Translations under genes and position numbers: made by a program
Notes under the pieces: generated by a model
Databases searched by the model: none
What the model saw: only the letters and a program-made list of their open reading frames with translations
Told to the model about the DNA's origin: nothing
Shown: positions 37,160 through 50,401 of the stretch, piece by piece
Numbering within the stretch: the stretch's first letter is position 1
Layout: the number at the start of each line of letters is the position of its first letter
Assembly (NCBI GenBank): GCA_047967505.1
Contig: CM106538.1
Origin: Dipteris shenzhenensis
Lineage: Eukaryota
Reading direction: 5' to 3' (one strand)
DNA length: 64,000 nt

Positions 37160-37360
37160 ATGGTGCAACAACCCTTTGAAAAATGGGGAATTGACTTTGT
37201 AGGACCATACATCTTGCTACTAAAGGAACAAAATCCCGGTACATAATTTGACAACATATTATTTTACTAAATGGGCCAAGGCAAATGCAGTACACAAAGT
37301 TGATGCCAAAAGTACTACTGAGCTCCTTTATGAAAATATTATCACACGGTGTGGTTGCCT
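37160..37360 (+). mobile_element. Gypsy integrase core fragment
   Basis: MVQQPFEKWGIDFVGP then YYFTKWAKA...ELLYENIITRCGC across frameshifts. Confidence 0.8.
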
Positions 37361-37479
37361 GTTGGACCCTAAACCCTATGCCCTTAGATAGAGGTGTGCT
37401 CTTAAAGAGTGGGAGAAAGCACTGCATTGTGACCTAGCATCCACAAAGAGACCCAAAGAGTAGCATCCACCAGGCGACC

Positions 37480-39990
37480 AGTGGCTCAGTGAGACTGATA
37501 TGAGAGTGCATGGCCTTCCTTGCAGACATGGAGGTTTGTCAGGCTAAGTTCTCGTACCAATCCTCCTAGGCTAGATGCGTGCAACATGGGGATAGGATAA
37601 CTAGGCTGTTCTTCCAAACCACTGGGCCACAATCAATAGGGACTCAGCTTAGTGGTTGTGGGATGCATAGGGGCAAATGTGCATGGATCCTCAGGACATC
37701 CTTGAGTTGATCATGGACTTTTATCAAGTAATTGTTTCAGCCTAAGGAGGAGTTGCGACTCTTGTAGCATGAGAGAGGAAGTTTGGGGCAGCTTCTATCA
37801 ATAGTCCCATAAAGTTTGAGTCGACGGCAGTTGAGGCCCCCTCCTCAGAAGTTCCTTGGGGAGGATGGTTTGACCCCTAAGTTTCTTTTGGTGTTTTTGG
37901 AAGAATCTTCTATGTTATATCAACCATAATCACAACTTTTAGAAGCTTGGTTATGGCGAGGTGGGAAACCAAGAGGGCTTGACAGTGCAAAATTAATGTC
38001 TAAGAATTAATAGGACTAGCATTATAGGGGGATGACAAGAGGGGTCAAAAGATTAAGGGTCCTTTGGAAGGACAATTGGCATCCAAAGGGTCCACATGGC
38101 ATGCACTGGGCTAGGGGGAGGGGAGAGTTCTAAAGGGAATTCCAAGATGGAAGGAGAGGGATGAATTCTTGGAAGGGAATTCTTTTACAAGGTCATGGTT
38201 GGGAGGAAAGAAAGTTTGCAACCCTGTATGTTTGAAGGAGTGTATCATTGGTATTAGAGCACGATTGTTCATGATCTCCTAGTCCTATTGTCCATCATGA
38301 CTATCAATACAACTGTTTTTCAAAGCTTTAGCAATCTACCGTAGGTCATTGAGGATATGCTTTGAGCATATGTAAGTAAAGGAAAAACTAATTGGGAACA
38401 ATACTTGCCCATATTAGAATTTGCATATAACAATACCAAACATTCAGCTCAGGTTTTAGTCCGTTCATGATTATGTATGGATTTTATCCTAGAGCCCCAC
38501 CCAGTTGCAGTTGAACTCGAAAAAGGGAAGGTTCAACAGGCCCATGACTTTCTTGAGGATGTGAATCAAATGCTTAAGTTAGCTAAAGATAGCATTAGAT
38601 TGGCTCAAGATAGAGCAAGAAGTCATGCAAACCCCCATCGTAGAAGGTTGGAGTTTGAAGCAAATGAGAAAGTCTATCTCAGGGTACGTGAATCTTTAGA
38701 ATCCCTAAAGACAGGTAAATGTCCAAAGCTATCTTCTAGGTATTTTGGACCATTCATAATACGTAAGAGAATTGAAGAACTTGCTTACAAATTAGCCATG
38801 CCAGAGGGATGCAAAGTGCATCCAATTTCATGTAAGTAGGCTAAACAAAAAGTTAGGAGATGATGATAATCTCATTGGAAATGAAGTCCTAGTTGAACTC
38901 ATTGAATCTACTACTATACCACATGAACCAGAAAGAATTTTAGATAGACAAGAAAAAAGAACGCAACATACAATATGGCTAGAATGTTTGGTTAAGTGGA
39001 AAGATAGACCTGAAGAGAGTTCAACATGGAAAAGGGTAGAGGAGGCTTCCCAATTTTGTTTTAGAGGATGTAAACCATTCTTAAGGGGAAGGGAATGTTA
39101 CGTCAACCATAATCACGAAAGTCAGAAGCTTGGTTATGGTGGTGAGGCGAAAAACCAAGAGGGCTTGATAGTGCAACGGTGGACGGACGGATTAACATCT
39201 AGGAATTAATAGGCCTAGCATTATAGAGGGATGACAAGAGGGGTCAAAAGATTAAGGGTCCTTTGAAAGGACACTTAGCATCCAAAAGGGTCCACATGGC
39301 ATGCACAGGGCTAGGGGGAGAGTTCTAGAGGGAATTCTTGGAAGAGGATTCTCTTACAAGCTCGTGGTCGGGGAGGAAAGAAAGTCAGCAGCCCTCTATT
39401 TTTGAAGGAGTGTATCATACTTACTCCGCTTAGGTTGGCTTGCTAGGAGATTTCAACTTAGGCTCCTTTCCACAATCTTTGAGTTGAGGCTGGATTTGCC
39501 TGATCCGGGGGGGGGGGGGGGTAGATTGGACATTCGTCAGTGGAGACCAATCACTATACTGGATACCACGTATAAAGACCTTGGCCAAGGTCTTGAGCTT
39601 ACAGTGGAGGCTCCATCTGCCTGATATCATTCATGACACACATACTACTTTTGTTCATGAATGCAGTAGATCTTCACCTTTTGGGAGGCAGTGGATTGGG
39701 CTAGGGAGGAGTCGTAGCCTCTTGCCATCCTTCTCTTGGATTTCAAGAAGGCCTATGATAGAGGGGTCCTTCTTGGAGGGCATCATGATAGAAGGCGTAT
39801 AACAGAGTCGAGTGGTCCTTCTTGGAGGGCACCATGCAGAGATTTGGCTTCTTGGAGAGGTGGATCAGAGGGGTCTCAGCTCTTTATGCAGGGAGCTCTA
39901 GTCAAGTGGTCATGCGGGGGCACACGAGTGAGGCCTTTTTTCTTTCTCACATCGGATCAGGATAATGGGCTGCTTGGGCAAGGTTTGGCA
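37480..39990 (+). mobile_element. Decayed LINE ORF2 (RT region) split by an LTR element
   Basis: Left part MDPQDILELIMDFY and GEDGLTPKF; right part WICLI...DIRQWRPITIL, LDFKKAYDR, WIRGVSALY; colinear with the intact ORF2. Confidence 0.85.
37913..39417 (+). mobile_element. Internally deleted chromovirus (1505 bp)
   Basis: LTRs 37913-38247 and 39096-39417 (TGTTA...GTATCA), PBS TGGTATTAGAGC at 38249, PPT AAGGGGAAGGGAA at 39083-39095; internal WEQYLPILEFAYNN, KLSSRYFGPF and chromodomain EPERILD...LVKWKDRPEESSTW. Confidence 0.92.
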
Positions 39991-40368
39991 CATTGATCCA
40001 GACATAATCTTATCAGTCTTAGAGGGGGTAGTTTGGCAGCTTTGGCTGTGAGAGGGCCGGCCTCTCCATGATATTTAGTGGGACCTGGGGGAGTGGTTTT
40101 GGCCAGCTCAAGTAGGACACTCGGATAGGGTAGGAGGAGCCCTTTTTCTCCTTACAGCTCGCATTAGACGGTGCCTTTACAACCACCACGCACACAACCA
40201 TCTACGAGGGGCATAACATACGTGGATTGAGAGGGAGCAAGGGGCTTCACGAGGAGGGGTGAGCCATTGCCATGGAACTTTTGTCCCTTGGAAATGCACA
40301 ATGGCTCATGAAACTTTTTGGCACTTGGGAAACCATCCCCTTCCTTCGAAACTAGTTTGCCCAATTTG

Positions 40369-40739
40369 ATGGCGAGCATGGCCACAATGCTGTGGCCACG
40401 CCTTAGCTGTGGTTCTTCCACCTTCACAATCCCTGCAGCCTCAATTTCTCACCACCATTACTGGACACCCAAGCCAGCAATTGGTTCTCTCCAGGCTCCC
40501 CAAAATGCCCTGCCTTATTCCGGGATTGACTCTTCCCGAGCCAGGGACGAAAAATGGAATTGGGTGCCTCGACAGGGCGCTCGCGCTGCTCTGACATGGA
40601 CTCTCACGACCCTTTTCTGTTTCGGTGGCATACCATGCTTGGAAGAGTGGAAAATAGGAGCCAGCGTGGAAAACATCTTCGGTGTTGGAGTAGCTCACGC
40701 TGGTTTGGTGCAGATGCCTCCTGTGAAGCTCAACAACAT
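40369..40739 (+). CDS. Exon 1 of plastid-targeted phosphoglycerate mutase / histidine phosphatase family protein (At5g62840-like)
   Basis: MASMATML... Ser/Thr-rich transit-like peptide, hydrophobic stretch, VAHA then GLVQMPPVKLNN; GTAAGC donor at 40740. Start codon inferred. Confidence 0.8.
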
Positions 40740-40839
40740 GTAAGCTTTCCCTTGGAAGGTACTTCGCTGTGTTTTGGAGTCACATATTGTCACTTGAATG
40801 CGCTTATTCAAATTGCGTTCTCCTCTGGTATCTCGTAAG

Positions 40840-41085
40840 GTACTATCTTGTGCGAGCGGGTGAGTCCGAATTTGAGAAGATGGGCATCATTAATACCAAC
40901 CCCGTCGCCAAAACGAATATTGATAGTGGATTATCGGAGGAAGGGAAGAAACAGGCCTTGAAAGCCGCACTTCAATTGAGGGAGATGGGAGCGTGCGAAG
41001 GAAGCTGCTGGATATGGCCATCAATCACTCAAAGAGCATACCAGGCAGCTGAAATCATTGCTTATATCAACAATATCAATCGAAG
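40840..41085 (+). CDS. Exon 2 of the same gene
   Basis: 100-bp GT-AG intron 40740-40839 joins in frame to NNMYYLVRAGESEFEKMGIINTNPVAKT...CWIWPSITQRAYQAAEIIA, which I recognise from this plant family; GT donor at 41086. Confidence 0.9.
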
Positions 41086-41871
41086 GTTATCCTCTTTAAT
41101 AGCTGCAAAAATCTGTTTCTAATTCTATAGTTGAAGTGAAGCCCAACTACAGCACTGAGTGGGATCTCTCATTTTTCATGTATAGGTTTTATAAATCTTG
41201 AATTCCTTAGTGTGATTGTTCATGTCTAGTTTCCTAAATCTCTTAGTGGAAACGTTTCGAGTTTCTCTAACTAACGTCTTCCAATTTAATCCCACAATAA
41301 TCTTTGGTGGGCTGTTTTTGTGTTGCAATGCATGCCTTTGTTTTTCTCACCATACTTTGAGCTGAGCTTTTGGGCGTAGCCTTATAGTCCCTTTGGAAAG
41401 GACCACTGTTCTTGGGCCCCATTGTTTTTGTGTTGCTTTGTTTTTCTCACCATACTTAGATTGGGTGTATTCTCCTTTCTCTCGCCTATAGTCTTTTTTG
41501 GAAAAGGCTGATGCTCGTGGCACCCATGCCGCCTTGTTCCTCCTCCAAGTATAATTTTTAATGTCACGCACCCACATTGCTTGCTTGTGCTACTTACCCA
41601 TGTTTCGTGAGTGTGGGTGTGGGCCCCCCCGCAAGAGAGGCAAGCATACCACTTAGACTGTGCAAGAGGGTTTATTTGTCCTTCTCTTATGGGATATCAA
41701 AGGCTACCCACCATGAGTATAGGCCCCTAACAAAGGCCAATCATACCTATGTTTAGTGTGCAAGAGGATTTATCTCGCCCCTCTTACGGAACCCTAGGGC
41801 AACCATAGGCTAACCCATGACCTTAACCAAAGTCTTGGTGGCCCAATGATGACTTTTTTGTCCCCTTTGTT

Positions 41872-41873
<2 letters not shown>

Positions 41874-41917
<44 letters not shown>
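41874..41917. repeat. (TC)n microsatellite
   Basis: Directly visible. Confidence 0.95.
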
Positions 41918-41920
<3 letters not shown>

Positions 41921-41959
41921 GTCGTGATGCAGGCACCACGTGATATGTCCTATGCCCAT

Positions 41960-42600
41960 GCCCACTACCTATCGCTTGTTCTTTAAACAGAATGTACGGG
42001 CTGCCCTCCGTCGGCTACACAACCGGAAAGCACAGGATCATGAGGGCCTATGGACTGAGCATTTTGCACGTGTAGAAGGTCTTGGCTCCGGTTCTAGCAC
42101 CTATGTTCAATCATGCTGTATGCCACGGCTTCCCACTTGCTTGGAGCACTACCATTATGTATTGATACACAAAGCAGGAGACCCCATGGATACCGGGATT
42201 ACCGCACCCTCATGATTGACCACACATTGGCTAAGATTTATGGATCGGTACTAGAGAGGAGATCTGTAGTCATACAAAGGCTCGGGGGTAGCGGGCACTC
42301 TAACAGGTAGGATTCCATACTCAATATTCCACTCTAGATCACATCTTTACTCTGAGGGCTATCATTGAACAGGCGAGGTCCAGATGCTTAGAAAGTCTAC
42401 GCTTGCTTTATAGACTTTCAGAAGGCCTTTGATATTGTCCCACGATTCTGCATGATCATGACAGTACAGGAGATGCAGATTCTAGAGACTTTGATTTGGG
42501 GTGTGATGAGTCTATATGAGTTCGTCAGAGGGAGAGTTTGTTCCCTAGGAGGCTTATCGGATTGGGTCGAGAGCATGATGTTCCGTACTAATGCTGATGT
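41960..42600 (+). mobile_element. Non-LTR (RTE-like) RT remnant
   Basis: ALRRLHNRKAQDHEGL, IHKAGDPMD..YRTLMI...AKIY, STLDHIFTLRAIIEQ, DFQKAFD across frameshifts. Confidence 0.8.
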
Positions 42601-43143
42601 CATCCGTGAGCTCATAGCCTCTTCTCTTGGGTCCCTGCTGTTGTCCTCTGCTCCGCCTTATGCTCCTGCAGATCAACCAGGTACCCACTCTTCTTTTGGG
42701 CACATCTTGCCCTAGGTCTCCCTCTCCCACGCTCTCCTCATATGGGGGCTTACAGATGGGGAGGTGACCTTTCCAACATTTGTTTGGTCTCATCAAACTT
42801 TTGGATACATAGTACTAGGACAAAAGAATCTCAAAGTTATTATATCCAGTTTATGGGTTTGAGCAGCTTATTCCAAAGAGGAGAAGTGTCAGAGACTACT
42901 TGCATATCTTCTATGAATTGAAGAGTTAGATCCATGACAGATTCAAAATCATACCCTATTTGAGGGTGGTCTGTTCAGAGTTGGCAAGTTGATAGTCATG
43001 CACTTGATTTTATGATCTTCAATTAGGGAATTGAGTTATGATAACTAGTCATGATAATCAGTTATGTTCTTATGGAGGATGAGATGATCAAGTATCCAAT
43101 CCTTTATGGAGGGATTCCATGTGGTCATTATTGACCAAGTATT

Positions 43144-44610
43144 TCAGTTTGTTTTTTTTTTCAAGAAAATTACTTCATTAATGGCGACTGCAGATACCTG
43201 TGGTTTCTTTGACATAGCTTCCGTACGTGGCCTTTTGGAAAGTGCATCGGCCACTACATTTTTCTTTCCAGCCACATGTACAATCTGAAAATGAAAAATG
43301 GAAAGGAAGTTTGCCCATCTCATGTGCTTTTCTGATAACTTTTTCTGAGTGAGAAAGTATCGTAGCGATTGATGATCAGTTTGCACATAAAAATCAGCAC
43401 CCAAAAGATAGTGCTTCCACACAGTAAGAGCATGAATTACAGCTACCAACTCTTGCTCATATACATTCATGTTGTGTTCAGCATCTCGGAGCAGCCTGCT
43501 CTCATATGCAACCACTTTGCCTTCCTGCATGAGTACTCCTCCAACACTATTGCCGCTTGCATCACATTGAAGAACAAAAGGTTTTCACAAGTCTGGCAAA
43601 ATGATGACAGGATCTGAGCATAGCTTTTCTTTCAGTTCATTAAATGCTGCAATTTCTTTCTTTACCCAACGGAAAGGCACTGCCTTCTTCTGCAAAGCAT
43701 GTAAGGGTGAAGCTATCTCAACAAAATAGGGAATAAAGCGCCTGTAGTATGAACACAAGCCAAGAAAACTATGAACTTCATGTAAGTTCTTCAATGGAGG
43801 CCAATTCTTGATTGCCTCTATCTTGGCGGGGTCCATCCTCACTCCATCTTGTGAGATGATGTGTCCCAAGAAATGTATCTCTGGCATAAAGAACTCACTC
43901 TTCTTGGTATTGACCAGTAAACTGTGTTTCTTGAGCTCTGCAAATACAACTACCAAGTGTTGCCTATGCTCCTCTTCATCTTTCGAGCGCACAATAATGT
44001 CATCAAAGAATGTATCCACAAACTTCCTGTGCTCTCTGAAAATGCGATTCATCATACGATTGAAGGTAGCAGGAGCATTGGTCAAACCAAATGGCATAAC
44101 AAGAAACTCATAAAGCCCAAAAGTGGTCTTGAAGGCAGTCTTATGTACATCCTTGGGCCTGATTTGTATCTGATGGTAACCACTCTTCAAGTCAATGCAA
44201 GTGAAGATGGCTGATCCCTCTAATCGATCCAAGATATCATCAATGCGTGGAATTGGAAATCGATTCTTGATAGAGATCTTATTCAAAGCCCTGTAGTCAA
44301 TACACATTCTCGAAGATCCATCCTTCTTCTGCACAAGTAGGATGGGAGAACAATATGGAGAAGAGCTTGGCTGAATCAGCCCCTTCTGTAGCAATTCATT
44401 CACCTGACACATGATCTCCTCCTGCTGTGCCGCACTCACCCTGTATGGTGGTCGGTTAGGTGGAGAACTGCTAGGAATGATATCAATAGTATGATCTTCT
44501 GGCCTCTCAGGAGGTAACTCCTCTGGGAGTTCATTTGAAAAACAATCTTGAAACTGAAATAAAAACTCAGTTTGCTGTTTTTCCAGCTTGAAAGAATCAG
44601 AGTCCTCTTC
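43144..44610 (-). mobile_element. Chromovirus-type gypsy RT-RNase H fragment
   Basis: ORF 43585-44682 (RMCIDYRALN, DLKSGYHQ, FFDD) and 43144-43530 (TDHQSL, NVVADALS); no LTRs found. Confidence 0.92.
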
Positions 44611-44619
44611 ACTTCTCCC

Positions 44620-45685
44620 CCTTTCCTGCTGTCCCCTCCCTTGCTGCCCTCCCTCTTCCCCTTCCAGATCCCCCTCCTTCAACCTCCCTCCTCCTTCAAC
44701 CTAGACTTGCTCTCTCTCTTATCTCCCTCCTTCCCTCACCCTCTCCCTTCAGGTGTACCCCCGTTTTTTTTGGGGGTCTCCTGGGCATTAGGAAAGCGGA
44801 CCGAGTTTCTTTATTGTATTTGAGTCAGCCTTACCCACCTCGATTGACGAATCGGCACCCATTTAGTCAATTTGTTACCGCACACACCGGCCGCGAGAAC
44901 CGTCACATTTTCAAAAGACGAGCCGCAACAGTTGCAAAAGGACTTCGAGCATGAGTGTTCCACGACTCTCTTCGCACGTATCTTTGGTTCACACCCCTCC
45001 AGATCACAGGCTAGAGGTTGGATGCTTGCGGTGCTTCCCCAGGAACTCGTCCCCCACCTTAAGGATGTTCGTTTGTTGGGACGAGGTTTCTTTTAGGTGT
45101 GCCTAGGTTCCCTAGATGTCATGAGAGACTTGCTATAGGCTGGGTTTCTACTTCTAGGCTACAGGAGGATTTTTTTGTTTCCCTTTCAATTGGGCTTTGA
45201 CCGGGCGAGAGGTTTGGTGTGGTAGTAGAGATCCCCCCTCTTCCTGGCGAGCCTTCTTCAGCTGCTGAGGCGGTCAGGATGGATGGGGTACCCAGAGTTA
45301 GGGTCCTTGTCCAGGACCCTAATATTTCAAATGACCACATCATGCTACAGCGACCTGATGGGTCTTTCTTCCGCCAAAGGTTCGAGGTTGCAAGTCGGAA
45401 GGACCAGTGCAGGATTTGCAGGTCCTCGAGGCACTTCGCCAGAGATTGCCCAAAGAAGAAAAAGAGGCCCAGAAAGCAACCAGCTCGTACTAGCTTACGA
45501 CAGAGAACAGGAGTAGGATCCTCCGCTCCACAGGCACTGCCTCAGACACGAGCTCCCCCTCCTCCTAGGGTTGCTCGAGTCCCTCCTGCACCCCGCACCA
45601 CCTGTGGTCCACGGTGGGTCAGGCCCTCTACTACAGAGCATACTTCCACTGCTTCGAAGGCATCCCCCTTGGAGCCTCCTAATAC
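44620..45685 (+). mobile_element. LINE 5' end / ORF1 remnant
   Basis: Pyrimidine-rich leader, LFARIFGSHPS...LLGRGFF (DUF4283-like), knuckle CRICRSSRHFARDC; stops present. Confidence 0.75.
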
Positions 45686-45688
45686 AAA

Positions 45689-45955
45689 ACCATTATTACT
45701 AGTTGTAGAACACTTGAGATATCATCACCTCTTAATACAAGACCATTCTTACTATTTGTAGAATACTTGAGATATCATCACTCTTTCCCTTCAGCCCCTA
45801 AGAGGTACCTAATACTTTTGTAGAACACTTGAACCATTCTTACTATTTGTAGAACACTTGAGATATCATCACCTCTTAATATAAGACCATTCTTAGTATT
45901 TGTAGATCACTTTAGATATCATCGCCTCTTAATACAAGACCATTCTTACTATTTG
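45689..45955. repeat. 53-bp minisatellite, ~5 copies with one interruption
   Basis: ACCATTCTTACTATTTGTAGAACACTTGAGATATCATCACCTCTTAATACAAG units. Confidence 0.9.
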
Positions 45956-46006
45956 AGAGATTAATGGATTAAAGGTTTGAAGCTCATAGGAGATGAAGGA
46001 AGAGAA

Positions 46007-46170
46007 AGTCAATTTCAACATGAGGACAATAAAACTAATTGGAATATTTTGACTTATGTATTATACCTTTTTGAAGACTATGAATTTAAGTCAGTTTCAA
46101 CATTAGGATGATAAAACTAATTAGAATATTTTGACTTATGTATCATATATTTTTGAAGACTATGAATTTT
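46007..46170. repeat. ~82-bp tandem duplication
   Basis: AGTCAATTTCAACAT...GAAGACTATGAATTT twice. Confidence 0.85.
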
Positions 46171-48099
46171 AATGATGAGAGGCACGCACACTACTTAGTA
46201 AATACACTAGTACTACTACTAGCCTATGACTATTAAGCCTAGTAGCACCAGTGTGATTTTGAGCCTTGTATCAGCCTTTGATAAATTTCTTTCATCGTTA
46301 GTGCAATAGAAATTATTCGCCAAATTTATTCAAAGTGATGATTTTGTAGTCTATAGCCACTATCCTCTGACTCTCGAAAATATATTAAATGTGAGCACCC
46401 ATTTATCTTGTATGATCAACCCTAGACTATGCTGCGATAGGACATTACTAGAACAAAAAAAATATGAATTGATATGGCGATGTTCGGTGTGAAATAACCA
46501 AATTAAGGATTTAATAAGAAAGAAAACAATCAGAATCACCAGGCTATTCAATGGCTCAAATCTGCACAAAAATTATAATGTGCCTCCCAACTCTTATGCA
46601 TTCCAGCTCCTCATGTTTGACAAGAATGCAAACAATAATGAAATCACATTATCTTTAGTTTCAAAGTAAGCAAAGCACCAAAAATAAATGCAAACGTATT
46701 TGGATGAGGAATAAATAGGTATAGATATAGATAGACCTATATATATGCATTCATAGATATAATGATGATTAAAGTTGAACGGTCGTAATAATATTATGTG
46801 TACTATCATTGGGATTAGGACTACTATTGAAAATATTGTATGTAGTAGTAGGAGAACTACCATTAAGGAACACTCTAATAAAATTAGTAATGGTGGTGAC
46901 AAAACTACCACTAGTAGTTTGGTAATTACTCCTAACATCTACAACAAATATTTGATGGGTAGCTAGTATTAGGTCAAAAGGCCCCAATTGTGCTATAACA
47001 ATGGGCCAAAAAAGGGAGTGCTATAGCATCACCTAAGGGTCACTTTTTATCCATGAAAGAAACAAGTCGGTGCAACCTAGGTCATATAGATCTAGGTCAC
47101 GTGGAGTGGTTCACGTCTCTTTCCTTGACAAAAAAGTTACACTACCTTTGATAGTAACTACAAAGATTGCTGCCATAGTGCCGTAGAGTAGCCCCTAGGT
47201 TGCACCATCATCATTTTTTGCTTTTGAGCCATTAAGTTTGATCCACTGATTTTATGTAGAATTATTCTACTATATGTTCACATGTCCTTAATAGGATCTT
47301 GATATAATCCCTTCCATTGTAAGTACTTTTACTATAAGTTTCACATATCCTTAACAAACCACTAGGCTTCAACACAGATTCATTCATATGTTTCAAGCCT
47401 CAAACTCAAACACCCTTGTAAAAGGGATAATGTATTAAAGCTACATTCAATCCATCAAATCTTTTGAATGACAGTTCTATTGAAAATTCATGTATCATCA
47501 ATAGGATTTCATCCCATTATATGTTCATTTGTCTTTAATAGTATATCTAAAAATTCATGTATCTTTATTTATGTCCAAACTTGAGCATTGATTTGTATTT
47601 ATCAAACACAATTTCACTCCACCTATTCTTTAGAATGAAATTTTTTCGCCAAAAGTAGGCCAAACGTAAGGTCTTTCCACATATTCTTAAGAATGAAAAT
47701 TTTGGCCTTATGTTGGCAAGTCTATGAAATGAGGGTAAGGCCAAAGTCTCTGGTACGGTGCATTAGGTCTTGATTAATTCTTCTTTAGGCTTGAATATTT
47801 AATGCATTAACTTCACGACTATTATTTATGCTTGAACTTGTAATGTATTAATTTGATGACTTAGGATTTTATGAAGTTATATCTAACATGCCTCAAATTT
47901 AATGGAAATTAATATCCTACATAACACAACAAAGTATCATCATATCCCTTTCCAAAATCAATGCTACCTAGCAACTCTCTTGGCATTTTCACTGCCTTGC
48001 ATTTGAGTTAGCTATGATGAAGAATGTTGCCTGCCTTTGGAACCTCTTAGAGTTACCGTTAGCATGATCTAATTTCACGTATCCCAAAACTTGAGACTT

Positions 48100-48585
48100 G
48101 GAGATTCCCATATCACACCAGCGGTAGCTGTCTTGTCCACTCTCAATGCTAGTAAGAGCTGGGCCCCATAGACCGGTAAAAGAAGTCTTTTTGGAGGTTC
48201 AATTTTTTCCCTCCGTCTTCTGCAGGCCCCATGATGAAATAGGATGTATTCATCACCCTACATTTAATGCAAGAATTAACACAACTTTTTTTGGACCTGA
48301 CTATGCAGTTTACATCCCAAAATTGGTGCTAAAATTGCAAACTAGGAGATTCCCATATCACACCAACAGTAGCTGTCTTGTCCATTCTCAACACTAGTAA
48401 GAGCCGGTCCCCATAGACCGGTAAAAGAAGTCTTTTTGGAGGTTCAATTTTTTGCCTCCGTCTTCTCCGGCCCCATGACAGAATAGGATATATTCACCAC
48501 CCTACATTTAATGCAAGAATTGACAACTTTTTTTGGACATGACTATGCAGCTTACATCCCAAAATTGGTGCTAAAATTGCATACT
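48100..48585. repeat. ~245-bp tandem duplication
   Basis: GGAGATTCCCATATCACACCA...CCCAAAATTGGTGCTAAAATTGCA at ~48100 and ~48345. Confidence 0.92.
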
Positions 48586-48689
48586 GGGCATCTCCATTTG
48601 CCGGGGGGTGTCCCTATCCCTAGCGACCCCTTGGACTTGCTCTATTTGTCTAGTTGTGTCTCTCCACAAAAATCGGAGTGGGGCCTATT

Positions 48690-49037
48690 TTTCCCATCTA
48701 GTAAAACTATATGCATCAATATGTATGTATGTATGTATGCATGCATGCATGCATGCATACATCCATGTATGTATGTACACACACACACATGTATGTATGT
48801 ATGTATGTATCATGTATGTATGTGTACTAAAACTACTAAAACTATATGCATCAAATAATGTTGTTGATCAATTTTTGGCATACCCCACCAAAATCAAGAC
48901 CCCCATTGCAAAGAAAGGTAAGGAACACAAGTGCTTGTTCTTATGCTCATGAGACAACAAAATGCATGACATAGGTAACCAATGGGGTCTTACTTTTGAT
49001 GTTTGTATGTATGCATGTATGTATATATGTACATACA

Positions 49038-49073
<36 letters not shown>

Positions 49074-49607
49074 TGTATGTATGTATATGTATATGTTGAT
49101 GCATATATGTATATATTGATGTATATATTGATGCATACAATTTTGATATATGGAGAAAATGGACATGAAAACCATCTAAATTGGCTCTTGTCGTTCGATT
49201 TGATATATGACATGATCCCATTTGGATTTGTAAGTACAAAGATATGGGGTCCTACTTTTAGGGCCTGAATGCCTAAAATAGGCAGCACGTTAAAGCGCTA
49301 CCTATTTCATGCATTTAGGCCTCAAAAGTAGGATCCCATTGGCAACACAATGGGGTCCTAGTTTTGAGGCCTAAATGCATGAAATAGACAGCGCGTTAAC
49401 GCGCTGTCTATTTTAGGCATTTAGGCCCTAAAAGTAGGACCCCATATCTTTGGACTTACAAATCCAAATGGGATCATGTCATATATCAAATCGAATGACA
49501 AGAGCCAATTTAGATGGTTTTCATGTCCATTTTCTCCATATATCAAAATTGTATGCATCAATATATACATCAATATATACATATATGCATCAACATATAC
49601 ATATACA

Positions 49608-49639
<32 letters not shown>

Positions 49640-50354
49640 ATGTATGTATGTATGTATGTACATATATACATACATACATACATACAAACATCAAAAGTAA
49701 GACCCCATTGGTTACCTATGTCATGCATTTTGTTGTCTCATGAGCATAAGAACAAGCACTTGTGTTCCTTACCTTTCTTTGCAATGGGGTTCTTGATTTT
49801 GGTGGGGTATGCCAAAAATTGATCAACAACATTATTTGATGCATATGTTTTGAGGCCTAAATGCATGAAATAGACAGTGCGTTAACGCGCTGTCTATTTT
49901 AGGCATTCAGGCCCTAAAAGTAGGACCCCGTATCGTTGGACTTGCATAAAATAGACAGCGCGTTAACGCGCTGTCTATTTTATGCAAGTCCAACGATACG
50001 GTTAACGCGCTGTCTATTTTAGGCATTCAGGCCCTAAAAGTAGTACCCCGTATCGTTGGACTTGCATATCCAAATGGAGTCATGTCGTATTCAAATCGCA
50101 AGGCAAGATCCAATTTAGATGGTTTTCATGTCCATTTTCTCCATCAACTAAAACTATATTCATCAAATAATGTTGTTGATAATTTTTTGGCATACCCCCC
50201 CAAAATCAAGACTTCCATTGCAAAGAAAGGTAAAGAACACAAGTGCTTGTTCTTATGCTCACGAGACAACAAAATGCATGACATGGGAAACCAATGGGGT
50301 CTTACTTTTGATGTTTGTATGTATATATATGCATGTACATACATACATACATAG

Positions 50355-50401
<47 letters not shown>

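Noticed and set aside
41492-41560. Acceptor-like AG plus GATGCTCGTGGC (DARG) as exon 3 of the host gene
   Set aside because: Flanking residues do not fit the family, DARG is out of frame with that acceptor, and the frame closes quickly.
45689-45955. Regularly spaced short repeats suggesting a CRISPR array
   Set aside because: Units are contiguous with no unique spacers, no cas genes, eukaryotic context.
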